This document shows positions 10,698 to 21,194 of a stretch of DNA of 55,341 nt, one piece after another. Made by a program: the position numbers and the translations under genes. The stretch is from a virus (taxonomy: Duplodnaviria > Caudoviricetes): positions 1-55,341 of IMG/VR virus record IMGVR_UViG_3300032213_001903. One strand, written 5' to 3'. Each line of letters begins with the position of its first letter. The stretch's first letter is position 1. A model generated the notes under the pieces. The model was not told the origin of the DNA and did no database searches. It was given only the letters and a program-made list of their open reading frames with translations.

Positions 10698-10997
10698 ATG
10701 AATATTGAAACAGGAACAGTGTGGACTTTTAAATTAAATTCTGGTGAAGAAATGATTGCAAAAGTAACTAAAATAGAAGGTGATTATTTAATAATTGAAG
10801 AACCAGTTAGTGTAGCCCCAGGCCCACAGGGAATGGGTTTAGTACCGAGTTTATTTACTGCTGATCCAAGCAGTACTACAAAGCTAAATACTAATAGTAT
10901 TGCGGTATTTGCACCAACCGAAGATAATGTTAAAATGAAATACATTGAAGCTACAACTGGAATTAAAATACCCGAGAAAAAATTAATTTTAGGTTAA
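10698..10997 (+). CDS. Hypothetical phage protein (Sm-like fold suspected)
   Basis: KLNSGEEMIA motif common in T4-like phages. Confidence 0.6.
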   Translation: MNIETGTVWTFKLNSGEEMIAKVTKIEGDYLIIEEPVSVAPGPQGMGLVPSLFTADPSSTTKLNTNSIAVFAPTEDNVKMKYIEATTGIKIPEKKLILG

Positions 10998-11001
10998 ATA
11001 T

Positions 11002-11286
11002 ATGGCAAAATTAAGTCGTGTGGGGGATAGTAATCAAGCTGGTGGTACAATAATGAACGGCGCGTCTACTGTATTTGCTAATGGGCAAAAAGTAGGATTG
11101 CACACCAGTCAAATATCCCCACATGCACCTTGGAGTAAAAAGGCTCACCCACCACACAAAAATGCCACTACTACAAATGGAAGTCCTACGGTATTCTGCG
11201 AGGGTAAGCCTGTACTAAGAATTGGTTCAGGAAATACTTGCGGTCATTCTATTGCTAGTGGTAGTCCTAATATCGAGGTACCATGA
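11002..11286 (+). CDS. PAAR-domain spike tip protein
   Basis: SRVGD, GSPTVF.EGKPVLRIG, CGH..GS. Confidence 0.88.
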   Translation: MAKLSRVGDSNQAGGTIMNGASTVFANGQKVGLHTSQISPHAPWSKKAHPPHKNATTTNGSPTVFCEGKPVLRIGSGNTCGHSIASGSPNIEVP

Positions 11287-12626
11287 GTAATTCAGGAGTT
11301 CAAAGTCCACTTGGAGTAAATGTTTTAGGCTCTGTATTATCAAATCAGGGTTTAGGAATTAACCCAGTAGAAACTCAAATTATAGGTGAAAGTCAAACTT
11401 TATCTACTTATACTCCTGGTACTATTATTAATAATACTTGTCTAAATTACCTAGTACAGGCTATAAACGAAGCATGGACTATAGGAATCGATTCTGCTAC
11501 ATATGACAATTTAATTAGCATAGGTTCTAGTTCTATACCTGCATTAGGAGATGCAAAAGCATCTACATACACATATGTAGGCAATAATATAGGACCCTTG
11601 GGTAATCAATCTGCTTGGGGAGGTGTTAACTATTCTGCTAGTAATGAATGCACACGATATGGTTATATAAGATTATTTGCGTTGCAAGCATATGATGAAT
11701 TAAATTATAACGATTCATTACCTGAATATAAAGATTTTTTAAACAGCATTCAAATATCTCAATCATATATGAATGCTCAAAATGGTACTATTCAAACACT
11801 TCAAAACAGTAAGACATTCTTAAATGGTACATATAGCAACATCAATGATTTGATAACAGGTGATATCACTGGAGTAAATTTAGCTACATTAGCGTTTGGT
11901 AAAGACCTGCAAAATTTAGGTAAAGCTATAGATTTGTCTAGTATTGCGACATTTGGGTTACCTTCGAATTTGTTACTAACACTTCAAAAATACAATGCTA
12001 TAACAAAATCACTTAGTATTGCACTAATCTCATGTGGATTAACTACTAATGAAATAAATCAGATTTTATCAGGCTTAATCGGGGTAAGTAAAGACCAGGA
12101 GAAAAAGTTATATCAAGCCTTTTCAATTATTTTGGGACAAGATTTATTAGATATACTAATCCCTTTAAATTGCAAAACTAGCAATCTAGATTCATTAGTA
12201 GATTTATTAAATCCGCTTAAACTATTTCCAAACAGTTATCAATCATTAACTGTGCCTGTTTATAATTTAACACAGACTACTACAAATAGCAAAACATATT
12301 ATTTAATCTATACTAATGAAGGGGTCAACTCTCAGTTGAATCAACCATCAGTTGCAGATCAAATAGGAACTATAACCCCTGCAGGTCCTCCTCCTATAGC
12401 ATCTGTTACTCCTACTGACACTGTGATTAATGCATTCATAGGATTATCTGATATCAAGCAAGCAGAAATAGTTCGCCAATACAATGAATATATATATGGT
12501 CCTAAATATAATGGGATAATAGACGAAATAAAAATTAATCCAGACTTTTCAATAACTGGTGGGTCAGCGCAAATATCGTTTGATACATACTTAAGAACTG
12601 TTTGGTTTGCAAATGGAATAGTATAA
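11283..12626 (+). CDS. Probable virion structural protein
   Basis: Long ORF coupled to the PAAR gene; S/T/N/G-rich. Confidence 0.5.
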   Translation: MSNSGVQSPLGVNVLGSVLSNQGLGINPVETQIIGESQTLSTYTPGTIINNTCLNYLVQAINEAWTIGIDSATYDNLISIGSSSIPALGDAKASTYTYVGNNIGPLGNQSAWGGVNYSASNECTRYGYIRLFALQAYDELNYNDSLPEYKDFLNSIQISQSYMNAQNGTIQTLQNSKTFLNGTYSNINDLITGDITGVNLATLAFGKDLQNLGKAIDLSSIATFGLPSNLLLTLQKYNAITKSLSIALISCGLTTNEINQILSGLIGVSKDQEKKLYQAFSIILGQDLLDILIPLNCKTSNLDSLVDLLNPLKLFPNSYQSLTVPVYNLTQTTTNSKTYYLIYTNEGVNSQLNQPSVADQIGTITPAGPPPIASVTPTDTVINAFIGLSDIKQAEIVRQYNEYIYGPKYNGIIDEIKINPDFSITGGSAQISFDTYLRTVWFANGIV

Positions 12627-13825
12627 TGGCTACAGATCAAAATATAGTATTTCAACAACCAGCAGTGGGATTTGGATCTTACTTAGATGGTATATTACCT
12701 AGTGATATAGCTACTGCCGCAGGTGCATTTAGCTTTTCAATGCAGCAAATTAAAAATATAACTAATATACCTATAGAAAAATTTGCACAAGTAGTAAGCA
12801 CATTAGAAACTACTAAGGAACTTAATATCAATGGAACTTCAGTGCCAGTAGATGTATCTGGCACAGATGCTGCTATAGCGGCGATTGCCTTAGGAAGTGG
12901 ACCAAACGGAACATATACTTTAAGTGACTTCTTTGGGTGCATGAGCAGTTTGCCATATGACTGGACACAAATTAAAACACTTATAAACGAGTTAGAAACT
13001 AATAAAGCAGGCTCACCTGGTAATAGGGGCTTATATCAAATTTACGAAGCTTTATATAATGCGGTAGTAGCTAATGATCCATCTACACCTTCAGGTGAAG
13101 CAGCTATTCAATTATTAATAGATGAAGCTAATACAGAAATTCAAAATATACAAAACAACAATTCTGAAAAAGCAACAAAATTGAATAGTTTATGGGAAAT
13201 AACAGGATCACAGTTAACAAAAGAACAACAAGCTAGGGGAGCAGCATTGTTTCCGGTACCAGTTCCTAGAGATAGTACATTAACAAAATTCCCCGATACT
13301 CAGATTTCTTTTGTGAATGCATTGCCTTCAATGGCTTCTGATACCAGACCTCATATGTATGCACAAACACTTGAGGCTATTGTAGATTTATCAACTGCTG
13401 GTGGGCAGTCATTAGTGGGAATGTTACGAGAAACTAGAAATCAGACTAGACTATCTATTATTGGTGTACCATTAGATAACAATATTTCCCAAACTCTCAC
13501 CGAAAGACAAAATAAAGAATTAGTAGCAAATGGAGTTTTACCCGGAACAATACCCGCGGTATTAAAACAACTTGATCAAAATGGCAATTTAATAGAGCCA
13601 GAACGATATGGGGTGTACAACCCTAGTACTAATACATACGATTCAGTATATAGACAGAACAAAGTTCTTGTCCCAGGTAGCTTGGCAGATCCTGAAAATA
13701 TTGATATAATACCAGAACTAGACCCAGTTTATTTTTCTGATATCACCTTACCTTCGACACCTAGTGTGAGCGAAGCAATTGACGAAGTTATTAGATGCAA
13801 TTGTGATTGCTGGGATAACTTGTAA
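12626..13825 (+). CDS. Probable virion structural protein
   Basis: TAATG-coupled to previous ORF; ends RCNCDCWD. Confidence 0.5.
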   Translation: MATDQNIVFQQPAVGFGSYLDGILPSDIATAAGAFSFSMQQIKNITNIPIEKFAQVVSTLETTKELNINGTSVPVDVSGTDAAIAAIALGSGPNGTYTLSDFFGCMSSLPYDWTQIKTLINELETNKAGSPGNRGLYQIYEALYNAVVANDPSTPSGEAAIQLLIDEANTEIQNIQNNNSEKATKLNSLWEITGSQLTKEQQARGAALFPVPVPRDSTLTKFPDTQISFVNALPSMASDTRPHMYAQTLEAIVDLSTAGGQSLVGMLRETRNQTRLSIIGVPLDNNISQTLTERQNKELVANGVLPGTIPAVLKQLDQNGNLIEPERYGVYNPSTNTYDSVYRQNKVLVPGSLADPENIDIIPELDPVYFSDITLPSTPSVSEAIDEVIRCNCDCWDNL

Positions 13826-13855
13826 AAACGCTTTTAGTTAAGCAGGAGGACAAAT

Positions 13856-14419
13856 ATGAGTTTGAGTGTTTTGAATAAACTCTTTGCCGCATCCTTGGTG
13901 TTGGTTTTACTGTTGACAACAAGAGAGATAGATGAAAATCAGCATGTGGTACCTACACCGCCAAAAATCAATGAATTACCGCCCTCACAATTAGCGCAAT
14001 TAAAATGTATGGCAAAGAATATTTTTTATGAAGCTAGTGGAGAAAGTTTATTGGGTCAAGCAGCAGTTGCTAGAGTGGTAATGAACCGTGTTGCATATGG
14101 TTTCGCCAACAACCCATGTAATGTTGTATATCAAAAAACTAAAATCAATGATAGAATAATTTGTCAATTTAGTTGGGTATGTGAAAATAAACCAGAGCCT
14201 AATAGGAATAATTGGAATTATAAAGTTGCAGAACAGGTAGCATATGAAGTCATGGTTTTAGGAAAGCACAAAGATGTTGTACCTAAATCAACTTTATTCT
14301 TCCATAGTATAAATATAGATCCGTTATGGCCATATAAGCAAGTAGCTACTATCGGTGGGCATGTGTTTTATTCTAAAACAAAAACAAACCAACAATCTAA
14401 AAACAAATCCAATGAGTAA
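13856..14419 (+). CDS. Cell wall hydrolase, SleB/Hydrolase_2 family
   Basis: CMAKNIFYEA.GE..GQ.AVA.VVMNR, CQFSW, IGGHVFY; N-terminal hydrophobic anchor. Confidence 0.9.
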   Translation: MSLSVLNKLFAASLVLVLLLTTREIDENQHVVPTPPKINELPPSQLAQLKCMAKNIFYEASGESLLGQAAVARVVMNRVAYGFANNPCNVVYQKTKINDRIICQFSWVCENKPEPNRNNWNYKVAEQVAYEVMVLGKHKDVVPKSTLFFHSINIDPLWPYKQVATIGGHVFYSKTKTNQQSKNKSNE

Positions 14420-15002
14420 TATGAATAATCCTACTAAAATGGCAAGTAGCCTGGAGCGAGGATCGTTCCAAATTGAATGTGAACTAAAACAAGTCGAAGA
14501 AGGTAAAAAGACTATTGAAGAAGCACAGGGCATGATTGATTTTTTTAAATCATTGCATGATCGACGCAAAGAACTAGAACAAGATCCTGAATGGCAAAAA
14601 GACAACATGGAATATGACCTTCGTTCTACTAAATGGATTTGTGATAAAGTAAAAGAAAATGAATATTACGCACAAAATCTATATGCTGCAATATGCAATA
14701 ATGATTTTATTAAAAATGATGTGTGGCCATTACTACAAGAAAAGACTTGGAGTGCAAGTTGGCGTAGTGCTGGGGGGATAGTTGCTAATATGCGAGAACG
14801 AGGAGATTATATGGATTGGTATTGTTCTGGAATAAGAGGCGAGTTATCAGATGAAGAATATAATCAACTTACTAAAGAAGAACAAGAAAATTATCTTTAC
14901 ATGAAAACTAAGTTTGCTAGTGAAAGTGAAGTTACTGATGAAATCCGAGAAGATTTATTGAAATTAGGTTGGATAGTAATCGATGAAGTAGATAATGAAT
15001 AA
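14412..15002 (+). CDS. Hypothetical phage protein
   Basis: YAQNLYAA.CNN, SWRSAGGIVA, GDYMDWYCSG segments. Confidence 0.65.
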   Translation: MSNMNNPTKMASSLERGSFQIECELKQVEEGKKTIEEAQGMIDFFKSLHDRRKELEQDPEWQKDNMEYDLRSTKWICDKVKENEYYAQNLYAAICNNDFIKNDVWPLLQEKTWSASWRSAGGIVANMRERGDYMDWYCSGIRGELSDEEYNQLTKEEQENYLYMKTKFASESEVTDEIREDLLKLGWIVIDEVDNE

Positions 15003-15010
15003 ATAAACAT

Positions 15011-15397
15011 ATGTCTTACAGTACACAAGTTGTTAATCATTATGAAAACCCCCGCAATGTTGGAAAAATGAACCCAGATGATATAGATGTGGGAACTGGT
15101 CTTGTAGGAGCCCCGGCATGTGGGGATGTCCTAAGATTGCAAATCAAAGTTAATGAACATGGATTGATTGAAGATGCAAAATTTAAAACATACGGTTGTG
15201 GATCGGCAATCGCAAGCTCAAGTCTTATCACAGAATGGGTCAAAGGAAAAACTTTGGACGAAGCGGGAAGTATTAAAAACTCTGATATCGCCAAAGAGTT
15301 GGCTCTTCCACCTGTTAAAATCCACTGCTCAATCCTCGCAGAAGATGCAATAAAAGCAGCAATACAAGATTATAAATCTAAACAACAAAATATATAA
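15011..15397 (+). CDS. iscU: Fe-S cluster scaffold protein IscU
   Basis: HYENPRNVG, GAPACGD, FKTYGCGSAIASSS, LPPVKIHCSILAEDA. Confidence 0.96.
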   Translation: MSYSTQVVNHYENPRNVGKMNPDDIDVGTGLVGAPACGDVLRLQIKVNEHGLIEDAKFKTYGCGSAIASSSLITEWVKGKTLDEAGSIKNSDIAKELALPPVKIHCSILAEDAIKAAIQDYKSKQQNI

Positions 15398-15398
15398 T

Positions 15399-15572
15399 AT
15401 GGCAAATTTAAAAAATATGGGTGTAGGTAAAAAACTACTAGATCAGGTTTTGTCATTGACTGGACCAAAAGTAAAGCATTGGTATAATCAACAAAATTTA
15501 ACCGCTAGTAAATCTATCTCTAATCAATTAAAAGAACAATCAAAGTACAATATTCATCGATCCACAAAATAA
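15399..15572 (+). CDS. Hypothetical small protein (57 aa)
   Basis: ATG right after iscU stop, open to TAA; not in ORF track. Confidence 0.45.
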   Translation: MANLKNMGVGKKLLDQVLSLTGPKVKHWYNQQNLTASKSISNQLKEQSKYNIHRSTK

Positions 15573-15600
15573 GCAACTCAATCATATGAAGGGATACAGT

Positions 15601-15897
15601 ATGAGCAATGAGACAGCAAAATTTTTGAATAGTAGACGAAGACATAAAACAGATATTGCAGTTGCAAGGCAAATTAAAATTGCCAAACAACATGGTGCAG
15701 GTGATAAAATAACGAAACAACCTCATCGTCTAGCAAAACATCACGCAATGGATTGTGGTAATCCTAAATGCGGTCTTTGCGGCAACCCACGCAAGACACA
15801 TAAAGATAAATTAACAGCACAAGAAAAAAGATTGTTTCAAGATATGGAACATATTAGTGACAAACATAGTAATGGTTTGTTACCTGAAGATACTTGA
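15601..15897 (+). CDS. Hypothetical basic protein with CxxxxCxxC motif
   Basis: HHAMDCGNPKCGLCGNPR. Confidence 0.65.
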   Translation: MSNETAKFLNSRRRHKTDIAVARQIKIAKQHGAGDKITKQPHRLAKHHAMDCGNPKCGLCGNPRKTHKDKLTAQEKRLFQDMEHISDKHSNGLLPEDT

Positions 15898-15968
15898 TTA
15901 CCATTTTTGTAGTATAAATATTAATGAGTATGTTATACTCAAACAGACTGTACACACAAGGAGAAAAT

Positions 15969-16523
15969 ATGAAAACAGTAGGACAGAAACTAGAAAAATT
16001 TGCCGTTACCGGCGTCAACCCAGGTAAAGATGATTTCTTTACTATCACAGAAGAATCATTTCAAGGTAAGTGGAAAGTAATTGTCTATTACCCAAAGGAC
16101 TTTACATTTGTATGCCCAACTGAAATTGTTGCATATGATAAGTTATTCCAAGACTTTGCTGACCGTGATGCAGTATTGCTAACTGGTTCTACAGACAACG
16201 AGTTTTGTAAACTAGCATGGCAAAAAGCACACCCTGATCTTTCTAAGATTAAGCACATTCAATTTGCTGATACTGCCCGTCATCAAAGTGGTGAAGAGCG
16301 TGGTGGTGTAAGTTTGATTGAACAACTTGGTGTATTCTATGCGCCAGCAGGCGCTGCACTCCGTGCAACATTTATTGTTGACCCAAATAATGAAATTCAA
16401 CATGTAACTGTTAACAACTTGAATGTTGGTCGCAGTCCAGAAGAAACATTGCGTATTCTTGACGCATTACAAACTGGTGAACTATGCCCATGCAGTCGTC
16501 CAATAGGTGGCGATACACTGTAA
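15969..16523 (+). CDS. ahpC: Peroxiredoxin AhpC
   Basis: YPKDFTFVCPTE, GELCP; AGGAG RBS. Confidence 0.95.
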   Translation: MKTVGQKLEKFAVTGVNPGKDDFFTITEESFQGKWKVIVYYPKDFTFVCPTEIVAYDKLFQDFADRDAVLLTGSTDNEFCKLAWQKAHPDLSKIKHIQFADTARHQSGEERGGVSLIEQLGVFYAPAGAALRATFIVDPNNEIQHVTVNNLNVGRSPEETLRILDALQTGELCPCSRPIGGDTL

Positions 16524-16533
16524 TAGGCATACA

Positions 16534-17682
16534 ATGATAGATCCAAGACTTGAAATTGCTTTGCTCAATGAGAGTATTAGACAAACTAACACAATTGAAC
16601 TAATTGCTAGCGAAAACTATACCAGTCAAGCAGTTATGGATCTATGTGGTAGTATACTGACTAATAAGTATGCCGAAGGCCTTCCGGGTCGTCGGTATTA
16701 CAATGGTTGCACTAATGTAGATGAAATTGAAAACATTGCCATTGAGTATGCTACTAAGTTGTTCGGCTGCAAGTTTGCTAATGTACAACCACATTCAGGT
16801 GCTAATGCTAATTTAGCAGTACTCAAAGCTTTTTTGAACATGGGTGACACTGTGGTGGGGATGGACTTAGCATCAGGAGGACATTTGAGTCATGGTGCTA
16901 AAGTTAATATCAGTGGTAGCTGGTTTTTTAGTCATAGCTATGGAGTTAATTCACATGGTTTTATTGACTACGATAAAGTAGCACAGTTAGTTTGGGAAAC
17001 AAGACCTAAACTAGTTATTGCTGGAGCCAGTGCATATAGTCAAGTAATTGATTGGGCTAAGTTTGAAGAAATTGCTGCCAGTGTAGGTGCTATTCTATTA
17101 GCTGATATTGCTCATTACTCAGGATTGATTGTAGGCGGTGAGTATCCAAATCCGTTCCCACACGCAGATGTAGTCACTACCACAACACACAAAGGCTTGC
17201 GTGGCCCCAGGGGCGGATTAATATTATGGAATGATCCTGATCATACCAAGCGTATAAACAGTGCTGTGTTTCCTGGTACTCAAGGCGGACCATTAATGCA
17301 TATTATTGCAGGTAAAGCACAATGTTTTTACGAAGCACTACAGCCTGAGTTTAAACAATATGCTAAACAGATACGAATTAATGCTGACGCAATGGCAGAT
17401 GCTTTCATTCAATCAGGTGTTAATGTAGTAAGTGGTGGAACTAAATGCCATATGTTTACTATAGACTTGACTAATGAAAGACTTAGTGGTCGTGAATATG
17501 CTGACCGTCTAGAACAAAATGGTATCATAGCTAATAAAAATGGTGTTCCGGGTGAGAAACGCAGCTTTGCTGAAACATCGGGTGTGCGTATCGGAGTAGC
17601 CGCGGAAACAACTCGTGGTCATGATGAACAATGGTTTCGTGAGTTAGCCACCCGAATGATATCTATTTTAAGGGCTGTATAA
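16534..17682 (+). CDS. glyA: Serine hydroxymethyltransferase
   Basis: LIASEN, NKYAEG, GGHLSHG, TTTHKGLRGPRGG. Confidence 0.96.
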   Translation: MIDPRLEIALLNESIRQTNTIELIASENYTSQAVMDLCGSILTNKYAEGLPGRRYYNGCTNVDEIENIAIEYATKLFGCKFANVQPHSGANANLAVLKAFLNMGDTVVGMDLASGGHLSHGAKVNISGSWFFSHSYGVNSHGFIDYDKVAQLVWETRPKLVIAGASAYSQVIDWAKFEEIAASVGAILLADIAHYSGLIVGGEYPNPFPHADVVTTTTHKGLRGPRGGLILWNDPDHTKRINSAVFPGTQGGPLMHIIAGKAQCFYEALQPEFKQYAKQIRINADAMADAFIQSGVNVVSGGTKCHMFTIDLTNERLSGREYADRLEQNGIIANKNGVPGEKRSFAETSGVRIGVAAETTRGHDEQWFRELATRMISILRAV

Positions 17683-18302
17683 TGCTAGAAACCATTTGCG
17701 ACACATTGGTTGAAGCATATAGACGCAACTGGATTACCAGTCGTGATGGCAATGTTTCAATTCGCCATCACGACCGTGATCATTTTTACATCACACCCAG
17801 TGGTGTCCGTAAGCAGACACTACAGCCTGATCAATTTAAAAAGATTAGTATTCATGGATTGCTATGGCAGGAAGAATACTATACTGATATCAGTAAAAAC
17901 TTAAAGCCCTCAGGCGAGATTCCCCTACATTTTGGGTTACAAAGAGCAATGGGTCAGCACAGTAATGATGTTAGAGTTGTAGTTCATTTACATCCAACTT
18001 ATTGTGTTGCGGCCATGCATGCCGGAATTGATCTAAGCACTATTGTCAATGATTTTCCTGAACTTAGTCGTTATACGCGAGTAGCACCCAATGTCCCAGA
18101 TGTACCACCGATCAGTCAAGAACTTGCTGATCGTTGTCATGAAAACTTGCAACTAGATGACTACGGTAATATTGCCTACGACATTGTGGGTATCAAAGGT
18201 CATGGTGTTGTTGCTATTGACACCAGTCCATGGCGTGCGTTTGAACATATTGAACGATTAGAACATATTTGTCAAATTGTATTGGCATCAGGGAAATATT
18301 GA
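17682..18302 (+). CDS. Class II aldolase/adducin family protein
   Basis: DGNVSIR, ITPSG, PSGE..LH, VHLHP, KGHGV. Confidence 0.88.
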   Translation: MLETICDTLVEAYRRNWITSRDGNVSIRHHDRDHFYITPSGVRKQTLQPDQFKKISIHGLLWQEEYYTDISKNLKPSGEIPLHFGLQRAMGQHSNDVRVVVHLHPTYCVAAMHAGIDLSTIVNDFPELSRYTRVAPNVPDVPPISQELADRCHENLQLDDYGNIAYDIVGIKGHGVVAIDTSPWRAFEHIERLEHICQIVLASGKY

Positions 18303-18303
18303 T

Positions 18304-18711
18304 ATGTTAGAATGTATGATTATTGGAGATAGCATTGCTGTAGGAGTCAGCCAAATTCGCAAAGAATGCACTGCTATTGCTAAAAGTGGAATTAATTCTA
18401 AAGATTGGAATACCCAGCATTTAGACAAATTAAAACCTACTAAAACACTGATAATTAGTTTAGGTGCAAACGATTATAAAGGAATTGATACTGAAGCTAA
18501 CATTCGAAAACTTAGAACAAAAGTACAAGCTGAAAAAGTGTTTTGGCTGTTGCCCAGTAACAAACTGAAGCCCCTTCAGGTCAAAGTTGTTGAACAAGTG
18601 GCTAAAGAATACGGAGATAACATTATCAATAGACCTGAAACAGATATTAGTAATGATGGAGTTCACCCTACTTATACTGGATATAAAAAATTAGCAGAAA
18701 AAACAAAATGA
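18304..18711 (+). CDS. SGNH/GDSL hydrolase-like protein
   Basis: IGDSIA, SLGAND, DGVHP. Confidence 0.8.
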   Translation: MLECMIIGDSIAVGVSQIRKECTAIAKSGINSKDWNTQHLDKLKPTKTLIISLGANDYKGIDTEANIRKLRTKVQAEKVFWLLPSNKLKPLQVKVVEQVAKEYGDNIINRPETDISNDGVHPTYTGYKKLAEKTK

Positions 18712-18753
18712 TATTTAAAAAACAATTTGAACACAACACACAAGGAGAAAAAA

Positions 18754-19272
18754 ATGAGTTGGGTTGATGAAGTAAAAGAAAGTATTCCTGATCACGCAAA
18801 GGATATTCGTCTTAATTTAGATGCTGTTATAAATCGCAGCGGATTAGACGAAATTGATACTCATGCATGTGCATATGTTGCTGCAATTGCTGCTGGCAAC
18901 GGCAGACTAGCACACGAAATAGAAATGAATGGGCCTTTGTTCGAAGCAAAGGCAGAACGAGAGGCTGCTAAAACTGCGGCTGCTCTTATGGGTATGAACA
19001 ATGTTTGGTATCCATTTGTAGAAATGGCAGATGACAGTAGCATGAAAGGACTTCCTGCAGGATTGCGTATGAATGCATATGCTACTCATGGTGGCGTTTC
19101 AAAAAAGAAATTTGAAATGTATGCACTAGCGGCAAGTATTGTTGGTAAGTGCCATTTTTGTGTAAAGTCTCATTATGACTTACTCAAAAAAGAAGGTATG
19201 ACTACACAAGAATTGATGGCGGTTGGTAGGATTGCAGCAGTAATTCATAGTATAGGCAAAGTGGCAATTTAA
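18754..19272 (+). CDS. ahpD: Alkyl hydroperoxide reductase AhpD
   Basis: PDHAKDIRLNL, MGMNNVWYPF, CHFCVKSH. Confidence 0.92.
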   Translation: MSWVDEVKESIPDHAKDIRLNLDAVINRSGLDEIDTHACAYVAAIAAGNGRLAHEIEMNGPLFEAKAEREAAKTAAALMGMNNVWYPFVEMADDSSMKGLPAGLRMNAYATHGGVSKKKFEMYALAASIVGKCHFCVKSHYDLLKKEGMTTQELMAVGRIAAVIHSIGKVAI

Positions 19273-19273
19273 C

Positions 19274-19298
19274 AAAAAGAGTCTAAGGACTCTTTTTA
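19274..19298 (+). terminator. Rho-independent terminator
   Basis: AAAAAGAGTC-TAAG-GACTCTTTTT. Confidence 0.8.
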
Positions 19299-19347
19299 AT
19301 ATATACTTAAAATTATAACTTTGTGGTTAATGTATATAATAAATATT

Positions 19348-20100
19348 ATGATGTTAACTGCAAAAAATCTTTTTTTGATTCAACTAATCGCACATATCTT
19401 AGCGTTAGTTTGGATACTTTCATTACCTCCTTTAACTGATATACTACTAGTTTTTTTGGTATATTTTTTTACAGGTTGTATTGGAATGAGCATTACATAC
19501 CATCGGTTATTAACTCATCGAAGTTTCAAAACAAATAAATTTTTTGAATATTTTGGAACATTGTGTGCCACAGTAGGATTGACTGGCAGTTCTATTGCAT
19601 GGACAGCGGCACATCGCTCACACCATGCAAATGCTGATAAAAACGGCGACCCTCATAGTCCAATGATGTTTGGTTATTTTCGCTCTCAGTTTTTATCAAT
19701 GTTTAGTCCGGTAAATATCAAAAAAAGTCCCGTAGTAACTTATAAAGCTCATCAATTTTTTCACAAGTATTACTTGCACATTAATTTAGTTTGGGCTATG
19801 ATATTATTTTTAATGGGTGGTGTTTGGGCAGTGTTAACTTTATATATTGTACCTGCTGTTCTTTTGTGGAATGCAGGTAGTTTAATCAATACAGTATGTC
19901 ATACTAGATACTTAGGGTATCGTAGATATAATGTACCTGATAATAGTGTTAATAATCCTATTTTAGGATTATTAATGTGGGGTGAAGGATGGCATAATAA
20001 TCATCATAGATTTCAATCTAGACCTAATATCGGTGAGCGTTGGTATGAAATTGACATTGGATATCAAATAATAAAATTAATACAAACTAAAACAACATGA
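19348..20100 (+). CDS. Membrane fatty acid desaturase (delta-9-like)
   Basis: His boxes HRLLTH, HRSHH, GEGWHNNHH. Confidence 0.92.
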   Translation: MMLTAKNLFLIQLIAHILALVWILSLPPLTDILLVFLVYFFTGCIGMSITYHRLLTHRSFKTNKFFEYFGTLCATVGLTGSSIAWTAAHRSHHANADKNGDPHSPMMFGYFRSQFLSMFSPVNIKKSPVVTYKAHQFFHKYYLHINLVWAMILFLMGGVWAVLTLYIVPAVLLWNAGSLINTVCHTRYLGYRRYNVPDNSVNNPILGLLMWGEGWHNNHHRFQSRPNIGERWYEIDIGYQIIKLIQTKTT

Positions 20101-21194
20101 TAGAAATTTATAGCATCGGTGAGATCAAAGAAGAATTGACCGCAATGCCTAAATATTTTGAAAGACTAGATACAATGGGAGGAGTCAACAACAGACATAT
20201 ACCCAAACTAGAAAAAAAATTTAGTAAGTTAACAAACCGTTCAGCTACACTAGTCAATAGTTGTACTAACGGTGTTTACTTAGCATTGAAACACTTGAAC
20301 CTAAATAATGACCCTGTAATTGTGCCACCCATCACATTTTTTGGCATAGGTAGTAGTATTATTAAAGCAGGTGGAATACCTATATATAGTAGATCCGACA
20401 AGCATGGTTTAATGGATGTTGATAGTGTCTTAGAAATACTAGATACTAAATTTTATGGTAAAAAACCAAAAGCTGTAATTCCCTGCCACATCAATAGTAG
20501 ACATAATGATGTTGAACGATTGCAAGGGTTAATAGACATAATAGAAGATGCTGCCCCGGCTTATGGCGTAAAAGATAAAAACGGTAACTGCATCGTCAGT
20601 AATACTGAAAATGTAAGCATTATTAGTTTTAGCTATGGTAAACCACTGACAGCAGGTGAAGGCGGAGTCATCTTTAGTAATGAAGAAACTACTCAATGGA
20701 TAAAGGGACATCGATATTGCGGATTAGAAAATCTAGATGGTCAATATGGTTATGGAGTGTTCAATGTAACCGAACCTGATCTAAAATTCCCCTTTCATGC
20801 ATTGGGTGCTATGCTTGTCACGGAAAAACTAAAACGATTTGACGAACAATTGCTACGCAGAACACAGATTGGTTTATATTATAATGATAAATTGGGTAAA
20901 AATAATGATGCAGACTTTTATGTTAATGGAAATCATGTGACATATATGCTTCTTGCAAAAGATACCGAACATAGAAATAGAATACAAAAAACTTTATTAG
21001 ATGCTAAGATTCGCAGCTACTATAATCATAGACCTATGTATCTATTAGATGCGTTTAGAAATTACCCCGGTGCATCGGAGTATATACAATCAACTAATAA
21101 GTATTTTGATAGAGTTTTGCATATTCCATGTAGACATGATTTATCTGATAATGAAGTCGACCATATTGTTAACACTACAAAGGCAATACTATGA
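20097..21194 (+). CDS. DegT/DnrJ/EryC1/StrS PLP aminotransferase
   Basis: NSCTNG, IIEDAA, SFSYGKPLTAGEGG. Confidence 0.88.
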   Translation: MIEIYSIGEIKEELTAMPKYFERLDTMGGVNNRHIPKLEKKFSKLTNRSATLVNSCTNGVYLALKHLNLNNDPVIVPPITFFGIGSSIIKAGGIPIYSRSDKHGLMDVDSVLEILDTKFYGKKPKAVIPCHINSRHNDVERLQGLIDIIEDAAPAYGVKDKNGNCIVSNTENVSIISFSYGKPLTAGEGGVIFSNEETTQWIKGHRYCGLENLDGQYGYGVFNVTEPDLKFPFHALGAMLVTEKLKRFDEQLLRRTQIGLYYNDKLGKNNDADFYVNGNHVTYMLLAKDTEHRNRIQKTLLDAKIRSYYNHRPMYLLDAFRNYPGASEYIQSTNKYFDRVLHIPCRHDLSDNEVDHIVNTTKAIL